64,000 bases of DNA from Eledone cirrhosa (Eukaryota): the NCBI GenBank assembly GCA_964016885.1, contig OZ024741.1, positions 328,786,001-328,850,000 on the forward strand, read 5' to 3'. Both the position numbers and the translations under genes were made by a program. The notes under the pieces were generated by a model. That model was given only the letters and a program-made list of their open reading frames with translations. It had not been told where the DNA came from and did not search any database. Each line of letters starts with the position of its first letter. Position 1 is the stretch's first letter. Positions 12,661 to 26,469 of this stretch are shown here, one piece after another.

Positions 12661-13066
12661 TTATAGATCGAGCCTGACTCTGCACTCGCAAGGTCCTCAG
12701 ATATGTTTATCGTTTTCAAGGCATTTCTTCATTCAGACAATATTCAGTGGTTTCATCCCCATCACTTGACATCATCCTGTTTAAACGGCCTAGTCATTGG
12801 CTAAGAGTTTGACCAGTCCATTGCGACCACTGGTTGCACTAGTTTATTTCACGTTAATACCTGGGTTTTTATTTTGTGTCTCTCCTTTGTTCTAAGTCAC
12901 CGGGGATGACACAGAATGTGTGACATGAGAGCTATGACAATAGGTATATATATGTATATATATACATATATGTATATATTGTTGAACAAATTAAAAAAAC
13001 AAACACAAGAATGCAACAATATGAAGTCTTATTAGGGTATATATATACCACGAGAACAGCTCGACC

Positions 13067-13778
13067 GTTTTCTTTCTTTTGTCCAATCTTTCCATCCTGC
13101 TCTCAATTTCAGCGCCTCCGTCTCTGATTCTTCTGCCGCTTTTCTAGATATCTCTCTATTTATTTATCACTCTTACCACACCCTCTCTACTTCCGTCTTC
13201 ATTAAACCAACAGACTCCCAATCTTACCTCCACCTCACCTCCTCCCATCCAACACACACCAAACACTCCATATCCTATCCCCAATTCCTCTGTCTTCGTC
13301 GGCTCTGTAGCAGTTCCTTTTCGTCTGTAGCAGTTCCTTTTCGTCCCCTCCTATGACTCCACCTGACTCTCATCCTTTTTCCCGTTCCCGCTGCAACAGT
13401 CGTCCCTTTATTTCCACCCTCACCACTCTTACAGGCCCTAACGGGTATTTCCGTATCCGCCATTCCTTCACCTGCACATCCACCCACATTGTCTATGCCC
13501 TTCAGTGTTCCCTTTGCGTGTCTTTATTTATCGGACAAACGAGACGCCGTATGGTGGACCATTTTGCCGAAAATTTGAGGGACATACGACTCGGTTTGGA
13601 TAGTCCTGTCCGCCGTCATTTCTGTTCTCCTGGTCATTCTTCCCTACATGTTTCAGTCCTGGGTGTCCTTTTACATCATGGATCACAGGCCTCGCGCACC
13701 AGGACTAAACAAAGTCTGATTCACCGCCTTGGGTCCTATTCCCCTCTTGGACTCAACTCACCTCCCCAATTTCTCTGA
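13067..13778 (+). pseudogene. Penelope-like (Neptune-type) RT thumb plus GIY-YIG endonuclease relic
   Basis: Reads ...SFHPALNFS...AFLDI...FIKPTDSQSYLHLTSSHP...RRLCS, then after an internal deletion FTCTSTHIVYALQCSLC..FIGQTRR...HF...PLGLN. Confidence 0.8.
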
Positions 13779-14020
13779 TACCCCGTCCATTATCACACCC
13801 CTAGATTCCTATCGCTTTCTCTTGGTCATTAACATATTCTCTTACAACTAATACATGCCGACTACATATGCTCACTCCACTTTTCCCTTCACTGCTCTGT
13901 ATACAGACATACACACCCTTATATTAACATACTTTGTCTCATAGCTCCGTACTTACATGTACACACACTCTTTTACTCACATATACACACACATTTATTC
14001 TTAGCTTCGTACGGACGTAT

Positions 14021-14064
<44 letters not shown>

Positions 14065-14334
14065 CACACACACATACACACACACACATATACACACACT
14101 CATGCTTACGCACGTGCACGAATATAGCTCTTTTTGCAAAACGTTTTTTTTTTTTTCCTTTCAGGTACACGCGCTTCATCATCCACTTTTCTAAAAAATA
14201 AATCATACACAAAACGCCAGCACCAACAGTTTTGCAAGAGATGTAAACATGAATGGACCTGTTATTTTCATCTTAAGACATTTTTTTCTAATTCCAACTC
14301 ACCCGTCCCTTCAATCTATCTTATTTTTCATTCT

Positions 14335-14372
14335 TTATTCTGATGAAGACTAGCGTCCGAAACATTAAGACC
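14335..14372 (+). ncRNA. Minimal hammerhead motif in the 3' region (pLTR) of the PLE relic
   Basis: CUGAUGA-A-GAC-UAGC-GUC-C-GAAAC-AUUA; stem I poorly conserved; lies ~560 bp downstream of the GIY-YIG stop. Confidence 0.6.
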
Positions 14373-14599
14373 CTCTCCTACTATATCAAGCGTTAACCTA
14401 ATATATCCCTTTCATATACTGTACCGATTGCGTTGTTATTTCTGTTTACCTTTTACACACATACACATATATATATATAATAGAAAACGAAAAATCAGAG
14501 ATGCATGAACTCAACTTATTGTGTGTTACAATTGTTTCGCCGGCGGAGAGCTCGAGACGTATTCATTATGTGGCTATGGAAGCATCTTAGCTACCATCA

Positions 14600-14620
14600 G
14601 ACACACACACACATATATAC

Positions 14621-14697
<77 letters not shown>

Positions 14698-14975
14698 TGT
14701 ATGTATGTATATGTGTGTGTGTGTATGTATTTTATGTATATATGGGAGAGAGAAAGGCATGTGAGCATAATAATCACTCCATATGGTCATTTGCATCGGA
14801 ACGCGCACGTTTCAGATCTTTCTAATGCTTCTTGAATCCAACCACTTTATATATATATGACACAATAAAAGCAATGATGAAACGTTAAGTCATTTAATTC
14901 TTCTGATTCTTGTTATTTTATATAGATGCACGAGCGTTCATATACACGCAAACACACACACGCAACAACATGCAA

Positions 14976-15045
<70 letters not shown>

Positions 15046-15050
15046 ATATA

Positions 15051-15102
<52 letters not shown>

Positions 15103-15182
15103 ATGTGTATGTATGGACATTTATATATATGTATATAAATGTATATATATATATATATATATATGTATTATATATGCTTATA

Positions 15183-15237
<55 letters not shown>

Positions 15238-15416
15238 TATATATGCTTATATATATATATATGTATGTATATATATATTTATATATATATATATATATAT
15301 ATATACGTGTGTGTGATGTGTATGTATGGACATTTATATATATGTATATAAATGTATATATATATATATGCTTATATATATATATAATATATATATAGGT
15401 GTTTATATATATTTAG

Positions 15417-15474
<58 letters not shown>

Positions 15475-15475
15475 C
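14600..15475. repeat. (TA)n-dominated microsatellite cluster
   Basis: Directly visible, including an internal ~190 bp duplication of TGATGTGTATGTATGGACATTT. Confidence 0.95.
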
Positions 15476-16408
15476 ATGTATGTATGAATGTTAAGCTGCT
15501 GGTGTGTGCTTATGTGACTAAGTGTATGTAGGTATGTTTGTGCTTCTGTGTGTGTTTAATTATTTATGAGCACCACATCATACGAACCAAAGGAATGTGA
15601 GGACACTCGCAACATAGGCCATAGGATGACCTACAGTTCACATATTCCCGACAGGATATGTCAGCCATTTCATAGAACTCTTTCATTGAAACCTTTTACA
15701 GAAAACCTTTATCTTAATTTTCAGACAACACAGAATATGTTCCTATTTATATCGCAAATCAAAGATCACATACAGAATTCAAATTATTTTATCGTAAAAT
15801 TCTTTAAGCATCGCTCTATTCACAACACAATTCACTAATTTTCACAATTCTAGAGCATTCTTAAGGTCACCATAGGAACCTTCATTTGAATTCTTCAAAA
15901 AATGCGTTTCTATAGATGATTATAGTATCTACAAATATTCTATAATAGTTTTTATGAAAGTTTTATAGATTTATTTTTTGATTTTATACTAGTTTAAACA
16001 ACGTTATGTGCCCGTATGTGGAACAAGTAATTCTTTTAATACTGTCTACTTTAAACATCATTCTATCGGCTATTCACTAATTGTCACTTTCAAGAAATTC
16101 CTCAAAGAACTTTTCATAAGAAATGGAGAAATAACATTTTTTATTCCTGGTTATATCCTCAACAGATGCTGTTCTGTAGAATAGTTTATATATTGTTTAT
16201 AAGGGTTTATTGATTAAATAAAAAACAAATATATTTGCTTGCACATTGATATATATTAAGAGGAGGATGCAATAATTTCTGCGGAAGGGAGCCAATCGAT
16301 TTGAAAATAAGAACATTCGCAAGTCCCGAGAAAATAGATTATTCACTTAACTATTGAGAACGAGAAACTTTCTAGTTGTGACTCAGGCAGACTCAGTTGG
16401 GCATAGTG

Positions 16409-16808
16409 TTGGCAGTATCGGTAGAGGGTTAGACGCCATGCTTTGACGTATAGAGTTACGGCCCTTGCCATTCTGAGTTCAAATCCCGCCGAGGTTAAAT
16501 TTGCCTTTCATCCTTACAGGGTCGATAAAATAAATTACCAATAATGTACTGGGTAAATGCTGGCCTTGTGCCAAAAGTAGAAACAATTATTATTCCGTTC
16601 TACGGTGGATTGGGTGGTGGATTTGCAGTATCGGTAGAGGGTCGGACGCCAAGCTTTGCAGCATAGAGTTATGGCCATTTACAGTCTGAGTTCAAATCCT
16701 GCTGAAGTTAACTTTGCCTTTCAATCTTACGGGGTCGATAAAATAAGGGACCAGTAATGCACTGGGATAATTGATGACCTTGTGCCAAAAGTAGAAACAA
16801 TTATTATT
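16409..16808 (+). mobile_element. Two tandem SINE copies (16409-16594, 16612-16808)
   Basis: Family consensus; both are followed by TATTCCGTTCTAC. Confidence 0.9.
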
Positions 16809-16912
16809 CCGTTCTACCTAAGACAATTTACTATCTTTTTACACTTAATTGTATTTTAAGCCAGTATAATACCATCAAGTATCATACACCTGTATAATAC
16901 CACCAAACATTA

Positions 16913-17100
16913 TACGAGGTCATAGGTTGAACAAGATACACTTATGTACTGACCAAATGAGGTATATTTTTCAACATAGTACCTGGAAGGAAACAATGCA
17001 ATTAATAATAAGAAAAGTTGAAATTCATGCATGCAAGATTTCATGGTTCTAGCATCACTCCTTCATAGTCAACCTATGAATTTTTCTGCTCACTATCGTA
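16913..17100. mobile_element. Mariner-derived MITE-like remnant
   Basis: TACGAGGTCATAGGTTGA ... TCAACCTATGAATTTTTCTGCTCACTATCGTA inverted ends, similar to the TIR at 3765-3796 and TA-flanked. Confidence 0.5.
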
Positions 17101-17280
17101 TACGACCTCATGATAATCAATCTCTGTATATTAGGGATACATCTGAGTCGCAGAGTAACAGGACTCAACTAAATACATAGTCATAGAGACAAACAAAACA
17201 TACGCAATATGTAACTTGCAAAAAAATGAGGGTTTCCTCAAAAGACGAGATACAATTAACTGGACTTTAACATTAAGACA

Positions 17281-17790
17281 TCAGATCGAATGCTTTGCAA
17301 TATTCGTTCTGGCTGTCTGCAACATGAGTTTAAAGCCATCAAGCTCAACTTTGCGTTGGACCTTCAGGATTCGATAAATTAAAGTACGTGTTATGTCTTT
17401 AGGTTGATATAATAGGCTTTCCTCTTCCCTCAAATTGCTTACCTTGTAACTATGGAACAATTTATATTGTATATCATGAATTTTGCACGATGTATTTAAT
17501 TCACTTTCAACATTCGTTCTCAAATCATTTCGTTTGATAATCATAATATTCGCTTTTAACTGTTTTTGCTTTCTTCTCACTGTTTGAAATATTCAATGTT
17601 TTGTCTACCAAAGCGAGTTAAGAATACAAATAACATGAAACGCATAGGATTTATGTTAAATTTATGTGGAATTCTCAGACACTTACACATTAATTTCATG
17701 AATAAGGTGTTGCTTGGCTCGAATAACTGGAACACTCCTCCTCGCCCTTGCATGAGATCCAACAGACACCGAGGTTTATCTACATTTTAA
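17281..17790 (-). pseudogene. Possible highly decayed hAT/Buster-type transposase N-terminal remnant
   Basis: Scattered resemblance only (DKPRC, NIEYFKQ, SYKVS); many stops and frameshifts. Confidence 0.25.
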
Positions 17791-18599
17791 CACTAACTGT
17801 TTAAATATGGAAGACAAAATGTTTTAATGTAAAGTATGCGTGTATGGACACGTAACTGCTGATTGAGTCAAAGGGTGCTGTTGTATAATATATCTTGAGC
17901 CTTTTAAACCTGGTAGAACGGCTACCCTTCCAGGTTTGAACACAGCCAACTTCTTTCTCCGGACCAAGGAGTGAGTGTGTGCGAGAGAGATACAAACAGA
18001 CAGACAGGGGGAGACAGAGATTGAGATAGAGATAGAGGGGAGACAGAGATAGAGATAGAATCGACCTTATTACTTGACTGGTACTTTTTTATCGACCTCG
18101 AAAAAAGACCGAAAGACAAAGTTGACTTTGTTGGTATTTGAACTCCGAGCGCAGAGAACCAGAATATCGTAAATATTCTATACGCCAATTTGCCGCATTT
18201 TTATTAATATAATATATGCAATAACTACGAAAGTAATATTACGACCATACCAAATGCTGTTTGTTCATATTTTAAAGCTATCGATGATAGATTAACCAAA
18301 TAACTTAAGCTACATCAGAAGTGATTGATCGCCCCCACCCCATTTAGAAGCATATAATTCACTCCTTATCGTCGAATGTTTAGCTATAACCAACGCCATT
18401 TTATCGTTTGAATCTTTTCTTCTTTACAATATGGTATTTAAATAATATGTTGAAATATGTTCAACTTGTTTTCCCTGCTTAACCATTTGCTAATTAATCG
18501 TAGCTTTTTACTTGAATTATTTCAATGTTCAATCTTGTCTGTGTTGATATCAATATTGTAACTTTTGCTATTATTAGTATTATAATCAACATCATCATA

Positions 18600-18627
18600 A
18601 ATATATATCAATATATATATATATACA

Positions 18628-18675
<48 letters not shown>

Positions 18676-18730
18676 TATACATATATATATATACATATAT
18701 ATACATATATATACATATATATATATATAC

Positions 18731-18778
<48 letters not shown>

Positions 18779-18779
18779 G

Positions 18780-18833
<54 letters not shown>

Positions 18834-19095
18834 ATATATATTCATTTATATATATACATTTATATATATATATGTATATACATTTATATATATATATACA
18901 TTTATATATATATATGTATATACATTTATATATATATATATACATTTATATATATATATATGTATATACATTTATATATATATACATTTATATATATATA
19001 TGTATATACATTTATATATATATACATTTATATATATATATGTATATACATTTAAATATATATACATTTATATATATATATATGTATATATATAT

Positions 19096-19135
<40 letters not shown>
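18600..19135. repeat. Compound (TA)n/(TATACA)/(TACATT) microsatellite
   Basis: Directly visible. Confidence 0.95.
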
Positions 19136-19138
<3 letters not shown>

Positions 19139-21061
19139 GACAAACACACATACATATATAAGTGTGTGTGTATTATACTTACATAAATACGCATGTATAT
19201 GTATATACACACACAAATTCATATATATTATTTTCATATAAATACGCACACACATATGTGTATATCTACAACAATAGCCTCCGTCTTGTTTATGTCTTTA
19301 TGTGTTATGCAGCTATTCAATCATGACTTTGTCAGATCTAATGAATTAAAAGTTCTTTGTTTTTTCTTTGCTTGTTTGTCTATCTCTTCGTTTTCTCTTT
19401 TTGGCTGGTCTTGTGTATTGGACACTGTTTCTATTAATTTCGATGTAACTTTATATTTGTATAGACATACATTATATATATATATTGTTTTCATACCTCT
19501 CCATTTTCCTATTTATTTCCCGTACGGCTGATCAATAAGATCTTGATTCAAGCTCTGCTGTTATGAACCAACAACAACAATAACATTGTAATAATGCATT
19601 AATTTCCACAATTCAATCAGATTCTTCTTTGTCTTTACGTTATAGCATGTTGTTGTTATTATATTTCCATAATATAAATATATAGCCTCGTGTTTATTGA
19701 AGTGTGTATTATAGAATTAACCACATCTTTGCTCTTATAAATTGTATTCTGAGAGCCATCGATGAAGCTTCTGTACAAATTACTTGGCCTGTTAGATCAA
19801 TGATTCCCTACCGTTCCTTTGCCAATGACCCCTTTTTGTTTAAATAAATTTTCCGACGTTCCCCTTGATATAATTACACCCCCCCCCCCCCCCCCCCCCC
19901 CCGTCAACCAAGATTGTTATACAATGGTTTCTGATTTACACACAAGGCCAACAATTTGGGGTGAGAGGAAAATATGTTACTGGGACTTTATATAATCGAC
20001 CCAGTAAGGATGAAAGGTCAAACTAAACTTGGCTATGTTTAAACACAGAAAATAAAGCGACGTAACTATATGCTGCAAAGCATGTTGTCCAACGCTCTAC
20101 GGATAATGCCAATCTACTGTCATATGTTTTGTTTGTTTGTTATATAATGATGTATTTGTATGGACCCGTAACTCCTGGTGGAGTTACATACACGTAGGGG
20201 CATCGTAATTATATACGACATTTCGTGGGAATTTTTTGTAAATTAGTGGTGCTCATGCTTCTCCAATTCTGAACATAGACAATTTTTCCACAGAAAGCGA
20301 AAGTGTAATAGAAAGGGAGGTAGGAACATGTATAGCAGAATCGACCACAGTATTGCACAAGTATTGTTTTCTCGATTTTGAAATGGTGTAAAGTGAAGGT
20401 GACATCGCCTGGATTTGAACTATGTGCGCAGAAGCTGGAACGAATACGGTAAATCATTCTATCCGACGTCCTATCGATTTTCCAGTTCGCCGCACAAGTG
20501 CAGTGAGGGTATGGTAATGGTATGGTATGGTATGGTCCTGTAACACATGAGGGTATCGTAGGGGTGCCGTAGTGACATACAGCATTTGGGGGTATTTTAA
20601 ACCTGGCAGAACCCATCTCCTCTTCATGTCTAAACACAGCAGATTTCTTCCAGAGAAGGAACGTGAGAGAGAGGATGGAGGTGAAAAATAGATATAGAGG
20701 AAGAATTGAACCTAGTACTTGACTGGTTCATTTTTCATCGATCGTCATCTAAAGTATGAAAGGTAAACTGCTTATGCACAAAGCCAATAAAGAATATAAA
20801 AAGTAACACCAGAATGTAGTAAAGGCGAACATTATAGGAAAATATATTTCTTGCTATTTTAGAACACCCTTATCATTTTCGGTATGAAATTCCATGCTGC
20901 AATGGTTAGGAATATAGTCTTATAAATACGTTAAGGCTCCATTTCTTGCTTTCAGCAGGTGATGAGTTCCAACAAATATACGAATATTCCGAACATTAGA
21001 ACCACGAGCGTGTGACAGAAGATATATGTAATAATTTAATCATATATAAATATATATACAT

Positions 21062-21132
<71 letters not shown>

Positions 21133-21173
21133 AAGTGTTAAAACGATCAAATTTTAGTTAGAACATTTATTTG

Positions 21174-21217
21174 GCGACAATTGTTTCTTCCAGAAGGAAG
21201 TCTGGAATCATCGGAGC
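21174..21217 (-). ncRNA. Hammerhead motif (U4C variant)
   Basis: Minus strand CCGAUGA-UUCCAGA-CUUCCU-UCUGGAA-GAAAC-AAUU-GUC; perfect 7-bp stem II and palindromic helix III; stem I not evident. Confidence 0.55.
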
Positions 21218-21510
21218 ATAGGGAATGTCAAAACATGTGACTAAAGTCCTAGTCATTCAGGATATTTAGGGTACATAATTGTTGTTAGTGTCATAGACAT
21301 GAGAGAACAGGCAGCACTGGTTGAAAGTGTAAGAGGTATAAGCAAAAAGTACAGGCAAGAAAAGTTATAAGCAAGGAAAGGTGTGGGATAGTATAGACAA
21401 ATTTATTCAACAAATTTAATTATAACAGATATTCGAAGCACTACAGAATTCTTCTGGAGTATAATACCAAGGATTTAATAAATGGAAAGTATGCTTTATA
21501 AAAACATATT

Positions 21511-21571
21511 TATTTTATTATATATATTTCAAGGGTACCAACATTTTGGTACGCTCTCATCAGATAAAATA
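21511..21571 (-). ncRNA. Canonical minimal type-I hammerhead ribozyme
   Basis: Minus strand UAUUUUAU-CUGAUGA-GAGCGUACCAA-AAUG-UUGGUACCCUU-GAAA-UAUAUA-UA-AUAAAAUA: 8-bp stem I, stem II and self-complementary helix III. Confidence 0.8.
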
Positions 21572-22796
21572 CAAAAGTTGTTTTATAAATATTGACATAT
21601 ATTGAAATATATCTTTTTTGTGATGGTTTTAATGATGTTTCTGAATATACTTTTGATGTTTATAATATTTCTTCCTAATAGACTATATAGACATTAACAT
21701 ATGCATAGATGTAAGTAATGCTATCTAAATACATATATTAAAGAATTTTTATCTTAGAAAATATGTAATATAAGATTCTTTAAAATCATATACAAAATAA
21801 TATATAAAATGTGTATACATATGTTTTGCATATATCTTAAATGCATATATCTTAATTGAATTTTTTTTTAAGTAAATTCTAGTACAAACGACAATTGTAA
21901 CTTATCTATTTTAACTAAGAAATACTGGAGTTATCTTTTCCTTTATAATGTAACATGCTTAAACATTTCTTCTGGAAGAAGATGTTCTGTATAATTTCGT
22001 TAACTTCGTAAATTTTGTAAATGTATTCCTATCTTGATGGAACTATAGAATGTACAACATAATCTTCTATAATAAAATTAGAACTACTTCCTCTTTCTTA
22101 ACTATATATTGAAAATGTAAACCAGAAATTCATCGGAACCCTTAACATATATATAAAAAATATTTAAATTATCTATCTATTGATAAAATCAACATATACA
22201 CACACCCAAATTATTTATATAAATATTTATATATATAAATAACTTGTTGTAATATAATAAAGTAAAATATAATTACAACCTTAATTTTTCATAAAATATA
22301 CTTATAAATATTATCTATATTATAACTCACGATTAGAATAGATCCAATATTTAGTAGTATCTCTCAATTTTTAAAATAGGAAATCTACCACTTCAACATA
22401 TTTATAATTCTCATATTATTTTATAGATACTACCAAAATATATAATTATATAATTAAATAAATAAATATAATTATTTCACTCTCTTTACACCATCACTGA
22501 TAAGATCTATACAATTATATTTTAATAATAATAGTGTATTTCTAACTATAATATATTTTTTTCTTATATTCATTTCTTAATTTTTCTTACACCCTAATAT
22601 TAACCTCTCTCTTCTTCCCTTAAAAAATTATTCAAATTTACCTAGTGTCTAAATGTAACGTTCTTTTTCAGCTTCACGTCAGCCTCATTAACATATTCAT
22701 CCTAAGATTTGAAATTTCTTTCACTATTCAAACAGAACTTAAAACGATAAGTTCTTGTTTTTTGGTTATGTGAATATTTATAAAACAACTTTTGTA

Positions 22797-22853
22797 TTCT
22801 ATCTGATGAGCGCGTACTAACATGTTGGTACTCTTGAAATATATATAATAAAA
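22797..22853 (+). ncRNA. Canonical minimal hammerhead ribozyme, inverted partner of 21511-21571
   Basis: CUGAUGA (22803-22809)-GCGCGUACUAA-CAUG-UUGGUACUCUU-GAAA-UAUAUAUA-AUA. Confidence 0.75.
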
Positions 22854-22897
22854 TAAATATGGTTTTATAAAGTATGGTTTCCATTTATTAATATCAT

Positions 22898-22955
<58 letters not shown>

Positions 22956-22959
<4 letters not shown>

Positions 22960-23140
22960 TAAAATAACAGATTAAAGTTTAAGCAAAGAATCGCTGCTTT
23001 CACCCTTAACGGGATCTTCTGAAACTAAAAAAAAATCAATCTGTGAACGCAGAAGTAAATATTTCGAAAAACGTTGCAACCGAAGGAAAACAGGAAGACG
23101 ATACTTTGGTTCGTCAAGACGTTCCCTGGCAAAGAAAGGA
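22956..23140. repeat. Unclassified interspersed repeat (second copy at 58857-59020)
   Basis: TATATTAAAATAACAGATTAAAGTTTAAGCAAAGAATC...GATACTTTGGTTCGT is shared; both copies start directly after TA runs. Confidence 0.8.
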
Positions 23141-23277
23141 AAAAAGCGAAGATAATACGTCGTTATGTGGAGTGGTGAGAACAATTACACGCAAAGACAA
23201 AACCACGGTTATGGAGTCGTAGACTAATATTCTGTTCAGGAAACCGAATGATTCTCGGCTTCAGAGGTAACAAATAT

Positions 23278-23462
23278 TATATTTACTTTGGGTACAAGGC
23301 CAGCAATTATCACAGTGCATTACTGGTACTTTATTTTATCGACCCCGTAAGGATGAAAGGCAAATTTAACCTCGGCGAGATTTGAACTCAGAATGGCAAG
23401 GGCCGTAACTCTGTGTCAAGACATGGTATCCGATCCTCTACCGATACTGCCTATCCACCGCC
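23278..23462 (-). mobile_element. SINE copy
   Basis: Family consensus on the minus strand. Confidence 0.9.
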
Positions 23463-23610
23463 ATTCAAATAGAGTTAAGAATAATGTAAATAAATTAGTA
23501 GAACGAAAATGACAGAGGTTATTAAAAACAATAATAATAAATATATACATACACGCATCTATATATAAATATATGCATCTATATATAAATATATATATAT
23601 ACATATATAA

Positions 23611-23649
<39 letters not shown>

Positions 23650-23651
23650 CA

Positions 23652-23700
<49 letters not shown>

Positions 23701-23752
23701 GTATGTATATTAAACACGTCGTAACATTTATACATATGTATGTGGACACTTC

Positions 23753-23796
<44 letters not shown>

Positions 23797-24213
23797 TGTG
23801 TGTGTGTGTGTGTGTGTGCGTGTGTGCGCGTGTGTGGGTGTGGGTGTGTGCGCGTGTGTGTGTGTGTGAGTATGTGTGTGTATGTTTGTTTCTGTGTGTT
23901 CATACAATTTATACCGAAATACAGTAGAATATTGAAAAATAATGAACTTTCGGTCTGCGAACATGCCCCAAGCACCTATATTCCAGCCACAGTAATATAA
24001 GGTAACCTTTCAATAAATCTATCTAACAAAGGTCTCAGGCATTCTATGAGAAAAGTATAAATTGAAACATCTTCAGTTCCATGGACAGTAGAAAATTGAG
24101 TGCAATACATTTCAGTGACCTGACAACTATTGTATTACAATAGTTATTGACAGCTGAACAGATCATATAGCATTTTCATATGCATGTATTTATATATATA
24201 TATATATTTATAT

Positions 24214-24275
<62 letters not shown>

Positions 24276-24292
24276 CTCCTCGTTTTTTCCAT

Positions 24293-24326
<34 letters not shown>

Positions 24327-24693
24327 TATACATATATATATAATGGAAAAAACGAAGAGGTTTCGTTTACATATAAAAGATATTTATTGTGTATCCAACT
24401 GTTATGCGCATTTCGCAGAGGATTGGCTCACGGTAACCCATAGGTGTTATGAATATATATATATATATAAATAATTTGGTTTGTTGATGACTGTCGTGAA
24501 AGTCACCAACCAGCCAGATGCGAGAAAAAACACAAAACCTCCATCTCAATTCTGCTTTTGACAAGAACTGTGAAACCGGTAAAGGAAACAAATAAATATT
24601 CTTAAAAAGACTCCAATTCTATTTTCGATTTCTTAACCTTATACTTCCACTCGTCTACGACATCTCATTTACATTTTAAAAAAACCTCATTTT

Positions 24694-24742
<49 letters not shown>

Positions 24743-24920
24743 CGAAGGAAATGTGGTAAGGAACCAGGTGGACCATAACGCACCAAAGTACTCAATACTT
24801 GAGGTAGTAGAGTGGATAATAGGAACCAGTAAGACCCCGACAGCTGAGCTCAAGCCGTTTCGACGGCTAATTCAGCCGTCGAAACGGCTTGAGCTCAGCT
24901 GTCGGGGTCTTACTGGTTCC

Positions 24921-25002
<82 letters not shown>

Positions 25003-25006
<4 letters not shown>

Positions 25007-25695
25007 CGAATATGCATACACGCTAGTTTGGCCGTATACTAGTGCTTCGTCTATGCTGTACTAAAATTTATATTCACTCCTAGAATTAACGATTAACTGA
25101 TTAATTTTATTAGATGATTTTATTGATTAATTAATTGTTTAAGTTTGTTTGATAACTTCTAGTCGAGTGCTTTATTCGGTTTGAATAAGGGGATTCATTC
25201 CTTTATCTCAAATTAGAATACACCGCCTAAGCGGGGGTTACCTCCCTTGGAGAAAACCGCGTGTTTGTGCCGACCTTTAAAGTTACATCATACCCGCTTT
25301 GGCTAAGAACGAAAGACTGCTGAAGAAGTAAATCCTATGTTCTGTCGTCAAAAACCATTATATTGCAGACTCCTGAAATAGGAATTTGTCGATCATGACG
25401 TTGCGTGCGATTTTGCGATCTATATTGTGGATACACCATGTGGGTTATATATTTTACACTCAGCCTCAGCGTTATGTCCAGGTCAGTAAAAAATCTTTTC
25501 CTGGGTCCTGCATTTCCGTTGCTCTGGTAATGCGGTCGGACTGCCGACTGCTATATCTGATTTGCTAAGCTGTCTGAACATAATGTTATTACTCTGGGGT
25601 CTTACCTCATCTGAGTGGTAAAGCTACAGACCGAATATGCATACACACTAGTTTGGCCGTATACTAGAGCTTCGTCTATGCTGTACTAAAATTTA
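25003..25695. mobile_element. Non-coding element with ~68-bp terminal direct repeats, inserted in (TA)n
   Basis: AGACCGAATATGCATACAC...GCTGTACTAAAATTTA at 25003-25070 and 25628-25695; (TA)n on both sides. Confidence 0.7.
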
Positions 25696-25818
25696 TATAT
25701 ATATATATATATATATACCACACAGTTTGACATCATTTTCTTTTATATATATGTATATATATATATATACATATATATACACACACAGACTTATACACAC
25801 ACATTCATACACACACAA

Positions 25819-25865
<47 letters not shown>

Positions 25866-26302
25866 AATAGAGGTGTAACACACAAGTTATGATATATTGG
25901 TAAACGGAAAAGAAAATGCTGACAAATTGTTCACAGTGAGAAATAGTTTAATTAGGAATAAATGAGAATTAGTAATAGTATTGGTTAGTATTAAGTTTTG
26001 ATTTTAAGTTTTACCGGTTGCGCATTTCTAATGCTTTTCAAAAATAATTTTGAGATAGAGCGTCCGTGATGTTTGCTCTAATCTGATTAGTTTTGGAAAT
26101 TCTACCTGTTTTTATGTGAAAAAAGTGGCTCCAGCGGTATTAAAATAAGTTTCGCGCCAATTCGTGTTGAAAAAATTCTTGTGGTCAAACAATTTTGATT
26201 GGTCGGTAGAGGTCATGTGAATGTTAAAAATTGATTTTGCGCCAAATGTAGGTTTGTGTCGGTTAATTGAGAAGTCACTGAAAAATAAGTCTTTCAAAAC
26301 AA

Positions 26303-26338
<36 letters not shown>

Positions 26339-26426
26339 TAGTAGTAAAGAGGTTCGTTGTTGTGATAATGATCAGCAGGGATGTGTGTGCGAACCGCAGC
26401 CTGTTGACAGTTCAAATTCCTATTAA

Positions 26427-26469
<43 letters not shown>

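Noticed and set aside
14520-14570. Minus-strand AUGAAUA...GGC-GAAAC-AAUU-GUA, a possible A3-U8 hammerhead
   Set aside because: No stem I pairing and a weak stem II; only the 3' half is convincing
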